From assembly GCA_002189035.1 (NCBI GenBank), contig NEEC01000004.1, positions 1,736,001 to 1,800,000 of the forward strand: a DNA stretch of 64,000 nucleotides, written 5' to 3'. The position numbers and the translations under genes are program-made. The notes below the pieces were generated by a model. That model ran no database searches and was not told where the DNA came from. It saw nothing but the letters and a program-made list of their open reading frames with translations. Shown piece by piece: positions 45,656 to 58,593 of this stretch (position 1 is the first letter of the stretch; each line of letters opens with the position of its first letter). The stretch comes from Utricularia gibba. Lineage: Eukaryota > Plantae > Magnoliophyta.

Positions 45656-48600
45656 CTAACATCGGTGAAGTGGAGCAGGGTATATGTCAATGGGCTGATA
45701 TCGAAGATTCTCATTGCATGGTAGTGGTCCATCCTGCATCATTCAAGTTACGAATTTCAAAAATATTAGAATAAGCAACAAGTCAAAATAAATGCAACTA
45801 TAGCATAGCTATGAACTTGGAAAATCAGGTTTTGATTGAGTGTTGCTGTTCCTTCAGTAATAGTAAGAGTAGGGAGTGGTTTAAGATGCTGTGACGGGAG
45901 CTCAATACCTCATCAGGGTTGATCTGGAAAGGCTTCACAAAATCTTCAAACATAACTGGTGATAAGCCCTTCATTCTTTCTTCCACTTCCTGCAGAGAGA
46001 ACAGGGGGAGTTAAAACAAATTTTATCGTAAAAACCAAAATGATAAAACCCAGATTGGGGTTCGGATGGATTCAGCTTCAGCATGACACAAAAAAAGTGA
46101 TCAAGTATGTGAAGCATATATGAGACTACTGCACTAATTTGCTGCAGCTATTATGCTAATGTTGAAGGATCACTTCCAACGAGCCTCTCGGCTTTTGATG
46201 ATGCTTGTAAAAGAGGGAAACTGAAAACGAACCAATCCAGTTATCCTTGTGCGCTCCAACAGTTCTCTGGCAATCATGTCCAGTATATGCCTATTGTCTC
46301 TGAGACCCTTCATCGCCAGTTCCTCAGTCTCATCGATGTACTAGGATAAAGATGAAATCCATGATCATCACAACGGCAACGTGAATAAACAACAACGCTC
46401 GCAACTGTTTTCTTATTTGAAGTTTACCCAAGACATGAAATCATATTATCTCGTGCCTTGTTCACATTAGAAATTCGATGTTACACAGCAGTAAGAAAAG
46501 ATTAGCAACCAGAAATTGTCATCGGAATCATATAATTTCATATCGAAGAGCAACCAAAGGAACAAAAAAACATACCCTTGTCAATTCCCTGACAAATAGC
46601 TCTGAAACCTCGAGTGACATGTTTGCAGGGATCACTTGAGGATCATCCCACTGATGTTCAGTGGAAAAATGAGAAGTATGATCACAGGTTAAGAAAACCC
46701 ACAAAGAAAAAGTTGGTGAGTACCCTAAATCTTATCATTTCCCCATCTGGATTATCAGGTCTGTCAGCAAGTCCGATCCTTTTAGTCAAGGCTGTGAGCC
46801 CCAGCCTGGGATTCATAGGGCTAATAACCATTTCTCTAGCTATCTGAAAAGATGGTGTTGAGAAAGCTCAAACACATTTCTGTAAATGGTTCATCTATTC
46901 CAAGGGAAGTAGGAATAATGTATGATACCTTAGTGATCCTCTCGAGATCATCACTACCTCCATCCGTGATGTCATCCCCAAAGACAATTCTCTCAGCACA
47001 TCGCCCACCATGAGCAACAACCATCTGCATTTGCAAGTAACCAAACGTGGTATACCCTTGATCCACCATGTCTTCTCGAGGGTAGAAAACAGAGACCGCA
47101 GTTTCCTTGCATTTCAAATCACGTGTAAGGTCGATACGACTGTAGCAATCAAACACAAAAATTTCAACCACAGCCTAATATACCTTGCCACCAGGTAATA
47201 GCTGAGAAAATGCATGCCAATCGAATCTGGGGAACAAATGAGCTAACAAAATGTGACCAGCTTCATGAACAGCCAGTAACCTCCTCTTTTCCATAGTTAT
47301 CTACAAGAAGAGAGAAATTATCAAGCCAAACTAAACGCAGCAATCAGTCTCCAACTAGTCTAGATATGACGTGGGAACATTGAATACATGATTCATAGCA
47401 GGGATGCGAAAAACATGAGAGGAAGTGTACAGAATACAAGGATATGCGAGTGGCTTTCTTGAATGTAGAAAAAAATATCCATCATGGCAGTTGGGGTCGT
47501 GAAAGGAATCATACACTTTGTTCAATTTTCTGTTGTTCCTCTTCTGTGAGAAGGACACCCATTCCCTCAAGCAACTGCTTGTCCAACACATCAACTATAT
47601 CTTGCTGAAAAATCTTGGCATGCTTCTTCCTCACCTGTTTCACTCAGTCAAGAGCTGTATTAATTATCCCAGAGCATAACTTATCATCAATTGGAAAAAA
47701 AAGGTAAAAAGTATGGGCATCAAAGACTCACAGACATTACTCCCGCTTCATTCACTAGGTTTCTAATATCTGCACCAGAATAGCCAACGGTCCGAAACAC
47801 TACCTGTGAAAAGGAAAAAAGTATACTTCAGAAGTAGAAATTCATGCATGGTAAAGTGAAAGTTGGAAAAAAAATCTCAGAAGTGCTTTGTAAAGAAGCA
47901 CGTGAAAATAAAAAATGAAGATATATACATGCTTCTTTATGAAGCACGTCTGAGATTTTTTCACATGCTTCTTTACTAAACATGTGAAAATAAGCATGTT
48001 AAAAAGAGGGATGTGGCAAGACGTTAGAAAACCTTCTCAAAATCAACATCGTCAGCAAGATCCTTCCCTGCACTGTGAACACCAAAAATTTGCACCCGTT
48101 GCTTTGCATCAGGTAATCCGATATATACACAACGATCAATACGCCCAGGTTGAACAAACTCTAGATCCAACTCATCTGGCCGATTAGTCGCACAGAGGAA
48201 AATTATTGCTTGTCTCAGTGAGAACCTATCATCACCCGTTCTTTCTTTCCTGAATGATTTGGTATTCATTCATCACAGACAGTTGAAATATCTTAGGACA
48301 CAATGAATAAAAACAAACATGCAGCGATGAAAAAAATGAGCTGATGATTATTCATACAATTCAAATGCTAGAAACAATAAGATACAAATTTGCACCAAAG
48401 AGACTAGGTGCTGAGATTTGTGCTTCTTGAAAAATAAGATTTCGTTATCATGTGGCAACAGTTTCATTATCCATAAAACGCACTCAGATTTCATAGATGA
48501 AATTCATGACTTCATCTCTCCCTCTAACTTACAGTACACTTACTCGCCATCCAGCTGAGCAATCAGTGCATTAAATGTTGCTCTTCTTCGTGGATCCCTT

Positions 48601-51600
48601 CTAGCATGCCGTCCAGCAATAGCATCTATCTCATCTATAAATACAAATGCAGGCGCCTGGACAGGAGAGTAGATTAATGATATGTTTATACCTCTAACTA
48701 TCACAATGAGCATTATTATTTCATAAGCGTATTTAAGAAAACAAATTATCATGCCAATATGAATTTTTTCTGTTGGGAAATGATAAGATAAAAAGACACC
48801 TAGTATTTCAAACAGCTAATAATGAAGAATGAAGGATAAAAAAACAGATGCCTTGGACAACTAATTAAACGTCTTGGGAATAAGCATTTTTGCTCTCCTG
48901 GTTATCCTCCCACGCAGTCAGCATTCAATTTAACTATCAATTTCCCCCTATATCAAACCAACTAGAGACCATAAAAAAAAATTTTGAGTGGGAATATCTA
49001 GAGATGATGGAGCACATCCACTTAAAAAGTGATATAGTTTACTTCAGTTCGAGAGAATTAAAATAGAAAATAAATTGAACCTATTTGGAAGGTCAACTTA
49101 CATTTCTCCTTGCAACAGAAAATAACTCATTTATTCGTGCAGCACCACTTTTTTCACTATCTGTAAACTCAGCACCTGAAGCAAAAACAAAAGGCAATCC
49201 ACTTTCTTTTGATAATGTACGTGCAAAGAGGGTTTTCCCAGTTCCTGGTGGTCCAGATAAAAGCACACCCTGAAATAGAGTTTACATCACAGATGGGCTG
49301 TATTTCCCAAAAGTTGTACCATTTTGTGCTTAATGGTAAAGATAATATTGTGTACCCGAACAAACTTCACTTTTTTTCATAATACTGCATTGGATTTCCC
49401 ATATATATCATCAGTTCATCAAGAAGATCCCACACATCTCCTCCTAATACAACTTCATTGTGCATTGATTGAGTTTCAGCAACTTCGCCAACAGGCTGTA
49501 TAGAAATACGAAGTAAAGATGAAACTCAGAAAATTTGCAGAGCAGGAACTAACAGACTTTAGAGAATAAAGAAAACTAACCCACCAGTATGAAGTTATCC
49601 TTATATATCATATCAAAAAGCTGGTTGTATTTTTTCTGGAGAAAACGTTTAGTAGTAAAATGAAGAATCATCACGGTCTCCCTAAGGAACCATAAAATTA
49701 GTATCCCAGGCAACAGCGCAAAAAGAACTTTTAGAAAGTAATGGATCTGCTTCTTCTGGAGAAGGTCAACCTCAGCTCCAGAACCAGCTATTGCCTCAAA
49801 CAAGTACGGATCCAGTGGAATGTCAACCTAGAAGCAGAAAAACAACACTGAACTGGTAAAAAAGCTAAAATAGGAGGATAAACCACCATGATTCCTGGAT
49901 TATTGGACTCACAGTGTACTCCAGAGGAAAGCCTTCCTTCATAGACACATACAATCTCTTGAGATCCTCTGTAAATACAACGGCCGCAACCTGAAAAAAA
50001 AAGCTAGTTTTCAGTTGAGGATTAGCTAATTTTTAAACAACCAGTTCTTTTTACCACAGACTACATCAGGTAGACTACAGGTCTGACAAGTCTGAACAAA
50101 TAAAACTGAACCAAAAAGATCTCCTCAAGACTTACAGGATATTCAAAAATAAATGCAGCTAGCTGCTGCAATATTAGACTAAGGTTAACTAAAATTGACA
50201 GATCGTTCACAACACATTTGAGATTTCATTTCTAGAAAAGGTATTAAGAACAAGGATGCTAAAAGGTGCCAAATAGGAAACAGCGTACATTTCCTGCAGA
50301 GCACATCTGTCTTAGCATGGTATGAAATAGAATTCACGGGTATACACACCTCTGATAATTCAAGTTTTTGCAGGAAATAAGTATATGGAAGTTTCGGACG
50401 ATAGCGCCACCATCTTTTGGATATCCATGATGCTCGTGTTCCCAATGTGTTTTTTTCTTTTTCAACCATATCCTCAAGAAGGCTTTTTTCCACCTCCTTC
50501 ATGTCAAATTCAACTGCATACTTGGAATTTAAGGAACTTATTTGTTCAACCAACTTCTCCCTTTGAAGAATCTTTTTCCATGCCATTAGTTTATCACGCC
50601 ACGTTCCATGAAAATCTGAAGTCTCATCTATTAGAGAAAGAACCAATGAGTCCTTCAAATCTTTTAAACAAGAATTCTCTTGAACCAGTGGAATTTGTTT
50701 TAAACGAGAAAAAGAATATAAGGGAGGAACCTGACAAGGCTAAATCTTTTTGCAGAACCATTTTCTCCTGTGCACTTAAAGTTGAATCTTTTTCTATTAT
50801 GTGTCTTATGCTCTCTTGAGCTTTTTCTGCATCATCCGCCCAAGCATTTTCCCCAACAAATGAACTATCATGTATAACTGTGCCATCAGGATTCTCAACA
50901 AACCTTTTCAGTTTCAGACCTTTGGGCATAGAATTCCTCCACATACCTTGCTTGAACCTTAAGAACGTAAAGCAGAGGCATACATAAGGAAGCATAAGAG
51001 AAACATGCCAAGACCAAAAACTTCATTCCCCCTAAATTTATCAACTGAAAGCTAACTTAAAAAAAAAAAGAAAAACAAGTGTGACATTTTTCATCTGAAA
51101 AATACTAATCTGCGAACCATTAAATCAATTGATGATTAGAAAAAATATACTAACAACTGCTTCTCATAGAAGTTTCCTAGACCCCTCCCCCTCAACAATA
51201 ATAAATATTACACCTGACTAAAGAAAATCTGTAGAGAAATTATCACCTTCTCAGATTAGCAGGTGTGGGCTCAGGTATCAACGCCTCCATGAATGCCTCA
51301 GCCAACTCCCTTCTCTCTCGACAAATGCCTGGAGCGCGGACTGCTTTGTAAATAGTTCGACAAGATAGAATAGCAACAAATACATATAAAGCCAAAACGC
51401 CTAATCTTTTAGGCTCCCAGCTCCTTACATCCTGAAAAAAGGATAACAGAGTTACCAAACTATCCAAAAGTACAAGTCTGCAGTTTTCCCAACTCCGGCA
51501 GTTTAATCATACCTTCCAATGCTCCCACTGATTCCATCTAAAGAATTCAGACAGCACCTCCGATTTAACTTGCTCAAGCCTACGCTTGGCACTTCCAGCC

Positions 51601-51920
51601 AACCCTTGTGCCCGGCCAGAAAGCTCATCGGCTACAAACGCCGCATCCCCCAAATCAAACCCAGTTTCTTTCTTCACTGAATCCCCCAAATTCTCCAAAA
51701 ACCGTTGAGAACCTCGACGGCAGGACTGTGAAAACCGCTGCCAGGAAAAGCCATCATACCCATTCGAGGAAGAAGAGGAGGTGCAGACAACAATCCTTCT
51801 TGTACGGATAGACGTTCTATAAGAATGCCTTGATAACGAAAAAACTCTTTGAGAAATGAAGAGATCGTTTGGAGAGAATTGGAGCGGCATTTGCCGGCAT
51901 TGAAATGCGGCCACTTCCAT
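45656..51920 (-). CDS. FTSH12: Chloroplast FtsH12 ATP-dependent zinc metalloprotease; one 1-nt frameshift at 49371-49377
   Basis: Transit peptide, Walker A GPPGTGKT, Walker B FIDEIDA, SRH ATNRPDELD, HEAGH zinc motif, C-terminus YPAPLHRC. The A7 run must be A8 to read YYEKKVKFVR|GVLL. Confidence 0.95.
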
Positions 51921-53026
51921 GAACTCGAGCAAAGAGAAGAAAGCCGCACAATTTCTGAGCCTCTATCCCCAGCGTTTCATTCAACTACACTTCCAGTGGG
52001 TTGCGCTGCCGCCAGCTTTGCCATGGATGTGCAGACCTCAACATCCCCATCCTATCGCGGCTTCTCCAATTTACTACCAACGCAGCTCAAATAATAATAC
52101 TTGAAAATGGTGAAATTATTTGTTCCTATTTTTTTAAAAAATATATTATATCATGTGGATGTAAATATGGAGATGGTTACAGGTCAACCCGACTTGACCC
52201 GCACCCGATACGAGTTGAGTCCAAGTTCGAACCAACAGTAGCAGTCGACCCAATCCATGGATACATTAATTAAATAAAGTATTGGACCTAAAAGAAAAAA
52301 TCTGGGAATCATGGATTCCAACACCCGGTGCGCGCGTACAAGGAATCCAGTGCAGATTAGCAGTATACGGTGGTTGGTTTTTTTTTTTTAATATTTTTAA
52401 TCATTAATTTTAAATTTATTTATTTATTTCATCAAAATATTAATTAATTCATTTGATTTTTTCATATTTTCGTACATTTTCATCTAACATATTTGATAAT
52501 CACCAATCAATTAATATCATTATCTGTCATTCAAAGTACGATAATCATCGTTGATCAATCATTGTTTTAATTTTTCTTTGTATTTTTTAAAATTATTTTT
52601 TTAGTATTTTTAAAAATAATTCAATATAATTTAAATATTATAAATTGAAATTATCATAATGCATTCATAATTTTCGGCACACCCCAATTCATGAATCGAC
52701 GAATCCATTTACCTACACTTATGCATCTTAAGAAAAAAACAAATCAAATCCTAATTATTTCTTCTAGGTATAAAATACTGTCGCTCAAATTGACCTTTCC
52801 CTATTCATCTTCAATTTCTAGTGCCAAAATCCGATTTGGGGGAATTCTAACTTATATTACATACAAATAAAATATGTTAAATTACATAGATATTATTAAA
52901 AAATATGAAAAAAAAATTATATTACCCCGTACGGGTCCTCAGGGCCGGGTCAGGAATCAATCCATATTGACTGACCCGTGGACTATTGACCAACCCGGTG
53001 TGTTGGATCCGGAGCTCGCTTCCGGG

Positions 53027-54877
53027 TCACCTGTTGGGAAGGCACAAGCTGTAACCAGGATTTTTGCCTTTGGTATCCGCCTTTCCCATCAACATTCTCG
53101 TTTCTGTGGCTCTGTTCCACAGCCCAGCCGCAGCATAGATGCCGGACATTGCAACGTAGTTCGCCGCGTTGCCCGGTTCGACGACAAACAAACGCTGAGC
53201 AACTCTTTGTCCGACAACCGCATCCTTGTACACGCTGCAACCTCCAAGAATTGTACTCAGAACAGGACCCTCTGCGAGTACTCCACCGGCCCCTAGTTTG
53301 GATACAACCTCGTGTGCTTCCTCCAAGTAGCCTGTTAGATTTCAGCCATCACTTCAATGGTGTGGATGAGTTGGTGTGCTTGTGTATGAACGTGCGTAGA
53401 AGGAAGAACCTGCACGGGCGAGCATGTCTACCAAGCAGGAAAAGTGCTCTGGCGTGGGTAGGATCTGGTGCTTGATGATCATGGTGGTTAAGCATCTCCA
53501 CCCTTGTGATGTTAAGCCAATGTGGCTACAAGCAGAGAGAAGAGACAGAAGGGTGACATCGTTTGGTCGAAGTCCTTCATTTTCCATTTCTGCATACAGT
53601 CTGAAGGCTTCATCTCCATGCCCATGTTTAGCATACCCTGCTATCAAAGAAGTCCAGGAGATCACATTTCTTACCACCATTTGATCAAAAACACGCCTTG
53701 CATCTCTGATTTCTCCAGATTTTGCATACATATCCATCAATGCGTTGTCCATCACTATGTCATGTTGAGATTGATGTTTAACCAAGTTGGCATGTAACTG
53801 TTTTCCTAGGTTCAGGGATGCTGTTTTTGCGCATATATTCAACATTGAGCACAGCATTACTTTATCAGTTGGGATATTTATTTGTGCTTCAGCAAACAGT
53901 CGAAGCCCTTCCAAAGGGTTTGCACCTTCACAAGCATGGCCTTTGATCAATGCAGTGCATGACACAATATCCTCATTTTCTAAACTCCTGTAGAGCTGAT
54001 GAGCACTGGCCAGACTTCCACATTTTATGTATGCATTAACTAGAGATCCACTTACGAATCTATGGGACTCCAAGCCGAATTTCAAGATATGTCCATGAAT
54101 TATGCAGACAGTATTTCGCGCATCGCTTCCACAGGATGCTTTCAGAAGGCTTCCAAAGCTGAAGCTGTCAGGAGAAATTCCTACACCAACAAAACATACG
54201 ACTGAAGCCAAAGACAGATGAGTAAGATTTCAAATTTTCAGAGGATCACCTTTTGCAAGCATCTGACGAAAAGTTAGAAATGCATCTCTGCACAGTCCTT
54301 GAGCAACATATCCTCCAATCATCGCATTCCATGGAACCGAATCCGTCATATTCATGCACTTAAAAACAGAAAAAGCATCCTCCATCTTCCCGCATTTCGC
54401 ATGAAAATCAACCAACGCACATTGCACAAACTTGTTGCAGAAAAACTGGCTTTTTTGCAAACAGCCCTGGATCTGATTCCCCAACTCCGACCACTGCAAA
54501 CGTGTGCAAGCGCTAAATGTACTACAGTACGTGAAATGGTTCGCAGTCATTCCCTCACCGTGCATGGAAACGAATCTTCTCAAAGCTTCCTCATCATCCC
54601 CATTCTGAGAGTACCCAGTTATCAAGGCAGTCCATGTAACCACATTTCTTTTACACATTCCATCGAACAGTTTCCGCGCACATCCCATTTCTCCAATCTT
54701 GGAGTAAAATACGATCAATCTCGTCACGAAGCAAGCATTTTGACTAAACCCATCAACAATTAATCGGCTATGCATCAACATGCCACATTTTTTGGACTTG
54801 AACTTTGTACAAAGCTTGAAAATCTCTGAGTACGCAGAGAACTGACCTGGCCCCGGTTTAGACGATAACATAAGCAT
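53027..54877 (-). CDS. PLS-E class pentatricopeptide repeat protein (At3g20730-like), 567 aa; exons 54877-54250, 54180-53410, 53331-53027
   Basis: PLS motifs (ARKLFDGMCKRNVVTWTALI, MYAKSGEIRDARRVFDQM, PNDVTLLSLLSACSH), E domain ending NPGYS, no DYW. Two phase-1 GT-AG introns give 1704 nt in frame. Confidence 0.92.
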
Positions 54878-55314
54878 TTCAAGCCTCACTAAACTCCCAC
54901 CTCAAATTGGAAAGAATCGAGGTGCTTCTCAAAGCATACGCCATCCGTAGGGGAATTCAAGCGGGTGCCAGCCAAGACACTGGAGTTGCAATTACGGTGA
55001 AGCATTTTGGCTTGGGCGGAGAACGAGAACTCAGGCACAACTTTGTTTTGTCGTGCAGCACTCCAAAGGCGCAACTGATTGGAGAAGATGCTATGCAAAT
55101 TCTATACCCTCTGAACATCTTGTTCTGGGTCGTTTCCTCGTAATATCGTCTGTGTATTCTTCTCCAAAGCAGAATCCGGGCGGCTTCAGTGTTTTCGACT
55201 TTCACGACATGTACTTTACTTGCAAATTCTCGTATTATAATTCACGGGAAATCCTACACGATACACAACAATCAAAAGACAAGGCGCAGAAGCATACATA
55301 CATCTGAAACTAAG

Positions 55315-56482
55315 CTACTTCTTGATATTCCACTTCTGGGATGACCTTGGACCTGATGTGATGCCGTCATAGTACTCACGGTCGAGCTCTTGCTTGTTCC
55401 ACTTTGCAATAAATTCAGAAAACAGCGCACGAGCGGAATCAGAAGAGAGATCTGAGAAATACAATCTCCTCTCTCGCTTCAGCCATGTTGCAAACTCATT
55501 GTTCTTTGAGAAGTAGTCATCGTTTGATAATTCTTGGATCTTCATTTTCTGGTTGAAAAATCAATGACTATCATGAGAAGGATGACACTTATATAAAAAC
55601 TAACAAGCCATGTTTCAGATTGCATCATGGAGTTATGCAGGAGCTCACCGGAGCATTGTCATGCATCCGGCCACTGTCCTTGCTCTTCCCGTGCAACTTG
55701 GCATCTAAAGTGATGTATATCAATCAACAAAATATTCGAAGAGCAAATAGCCACTCCACTTGAAACTCAACATGGTGACAGCAAAATCAAAACTGTACTA
55801 CAGCAAATGAATTGCTCCTGTGTTTCCTATTCTATAAGAACAAAGGAAACCAGCTTTTAATAAGCATGTTTGCTTCCCAAAAAATAGTCTCGCAACCATG
55901 CCATGCAATACGCAAACTCCAGCAAGTAGAATAACAGATAATGCATTTGACGCTTCATATATCAAGTGATCTTTCAGAAACCAAAAAGGGTTGGGATTCC
56001 AGATTGTTGATCATAAATTTGTTCATGATCTACAAGTGCACGTGCAAAATCAAGCCACAAAAAGTTTATAAAAAGCCCCAATTCCAAACAACTGAAACCT
56101 AGTTTGTAATGTATATGTAAAACACAAGCAAAGATAGATTTTCAGGAAGCCCTAACTACAAATATCTAAAACGTAACTTCGAACGCCTTCGCCACAAAAA
56201 AGACATGACTAATTCCGCATTCCCAGTCGAATCAAATAATACCTTCATCAGAACGGTGTTTACGGGATTCATGGCTCTTTTTCGACTTTCGTTTCTTGTC
56301 ATCTTCCTTGTCCAGTCGCCTTCTCCTTTTCGATTCGTCTAACAGAGAAAAATCCCAACATTATCACCAAAATCAAACCCCAGAAAAACAATACCGGATA
56401 TAAAATAGAAAAGGCAACCTTCGCCTTGACGAGACGACGAAGATGACCTCTTCCGAGAGCTCCCATCGTTCGATTTCGCCAT
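55315..56482 (-). CDS. SCI1: Style cell-cycle inhibitor 1-like protein, 4 exons
   Basis: K/R/S-rich N-terminus (MAKSNDGSSRKRSSSSS) spliced to the conserved ELSNDDYFSKNNEFATWLK..YFSDLSSDSARALF..WN..YYDGI..PRSSQKWNIK. Confidence 0.9.
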
Positions 56483-56682
56483 GATGACTCGATCTTCTCA
56501 TTCTAAACCCCCCACTCCTTCGCTTTAAAGGCTCACTACTTGAGTTCTTCTGGGCCGAGTCCGGTGATCAGCCCAAACATGAAGACGGATGAATTTCATC
56601 GGAGCCCAAAAACGTACACTCATAAGTACGTCATTTGTCGTACTAAATTTGTAATATATCCAAAGTCTTTTATAAACACTTT

Positions 56683-56947
56683 GGACATGTTTGGTAGAAT
56701 GGATTAATATTTAAATGTTTGAATTATTATTTTTCATATAAAATTTTATTAACATTAATAGTGTTTGGTAAATCTTCACAGTTATGAATTTGTTAAACTC
56801 AAATAAAGAATGAATTTTTTAATTCTTTTAATGAAAAGTTTTAGAAATGTTCTTAAAATATGAGGATTACCAAATCATGTTTATAAAACATCCTGATTTA
56901 TTAAAATCAAAGAATTTAGACTATTTTTTATCCTATCAAATATGCCC
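56683..56947. mobile_element. Tourist/PIF-Harbinger-like MITE about 200 bp upstream of SCI1
   Basis: Termini GGACATGTTTGGTAG and revcomp GGGCATATTTGATAG match 12/15. AT-rich 265-bp interior. Flanks TTT/CTA are only partly compatible with a TWA target-site duplication. Confidence 0.55.
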
Positions 56948-58233
56948 CTAGTGAATCAGCTAACTTCCATCTCAGAACCCTTCGCAAGATACTTTACAAG
57001 TATCTTCATTTCCTATAGTCATCCATCAAATTACAATATCTTCATCAGTTATCTTATATTTATCAATGCTTTTTTTTTATACTATTATGAGTTTTATTAT
57101 TTGATATGAATGTAAATATTCTCGATTTTCTAATTTTTCAAGTCACTATTTTTCGTATTCATTTTCTTTGCTTTTACAATAGTTCATAAAATCGATTGGG
57201 TCGATTTTAGTATCAATTTACAAGGTGAACTATTAAATGACATTTGTGTTATCATCATTCTTGTTATATGTCAAGCATAGGAAATTGGTTATCAATGCAT
57301 ACTACTCATAACTAGTTGCATAGAGCACACCGCTCTTTATTGTAAGATCCATGTAAGAAAGGGGATAATAACATTTTAAACGAATATCATATCAATTATA
57401 GATGAAAGAAGAGAAAAAGATTAAATGGAATGATCATACAAATCGTATACAACACATTTATTTGAGTATGATATAACTTTATAGATAAAAACATTAAGCT
57501 GAACCATGATTAATCATGATTTGTTTCCATATATATAACCACTTGACAAAGTGTCGATAAAAAATGGAAATAACATAAAAACTTAGAAATTGAATGATCG
57601 AAACAAATAATTTTCATACAATCATCATGTGTATATATTACACTCAATATTCATCAAGGCGTTACACCTTGATATTCAATTCTGATTGTGTGTGCACATA
57701 TCTCTCGATATCGATTGGGTGATCCCCGCAGGCCTCCACTTGGCTCCCACCTACATTTTGACCCTTCAACTCTATAGGATTGATTATATTTGGATCAAAA
57801 ATTGTATTTTTAAACTATACTACCCATCAAAATATAATGAATTTTAGGATGATTTTCAACAAGCCCACAATTTTTTTCGAGTTTTTTTTCCATGTATTCA
57901 CAAAAACATACTCAGCAAGAATAAATAAGTTCATAAAGAGTTGAAAAAGAAAAAAACTATTTTCGTCTAAATCTACGTGCTTATTTTAAAAGAGTTTAAA
58001 TGCAATCCACTATTGCGTCATACACTCAAATTGGTCAAGGAAAGGAAAAAAAACAATGATATTTAATTAATACTTAGGGATCAAATATATTGCAAGTTAC
58101 GGAGGATAATAATACTATTTATTGAATATTCCTCGCAAATTTCCACTCAATTGATTTACCAGCTATTTACAATCTAAACGCCGGCGGCGAATGAAGCAGA
58201 GGCCCGGCACAGATCCCACCGCAACTCCGCCGG

Positions 58234-58593
58234 TCACAACTCACCGGAGATAGATCCTAAGAGCTCCCGCGTCTCGCGCTCTCCACCGCCGACGCGGATC
58301 GTCTCCAGCACGCGCTCGAAGATGTAGACTTGGCAAGGGATCCGCAGCCCCGTCCTCTGCTCGTACCCGTACTCCGCCGCCGATCTGTTCAACAGCTCCA
58401 CAAAGATCGGATGGTTGAGGAGCTCCGCGCTCACCACGAATCTCTCCATTTCTTCGCCGACGTACACCGGTAAGTGTCCCTCCGGCACGGCGGCGCAGCG
58501 CTTACCCGCAAAATCGAACCGGAAATCCCCCGCCGATGAGGAGCACTGCGACGAATCTGCAACTCTGGAGAATCTCCTCAGCAACTTCTTCAT
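58234..58593 (-). CDS. SAUR: Auxin-responsive SAUR protein (SAUR40/41/71/72 clade); intronless, 119 aa
   Basis: MKKLLRRFSRVADSSQ start, VPEGHLPVYVG, RFVVSAELLNHPIFVELLNRSAAEYGY, GLRIPC. Confidence 0.95.
   Translation of the reverse strand: MKKLLRRFSRVADSSQCSSSAGDFRFDFAGKRCAAVPEGHLPVYVGEEMERFVVSAELLNHPIFVELLNRSAAEYGYEQRTGLRIPCQVYIFERVLETIRVGGGERETRELLGSISGEL

Noticed and set aside
58160-58185. Partial DST-like mRNA instability motif (TAGATT..GTA) in the SAUR 3' UTR
   Set aside because: Only part of the consensus is present, and it is expected for SAURs anyway.
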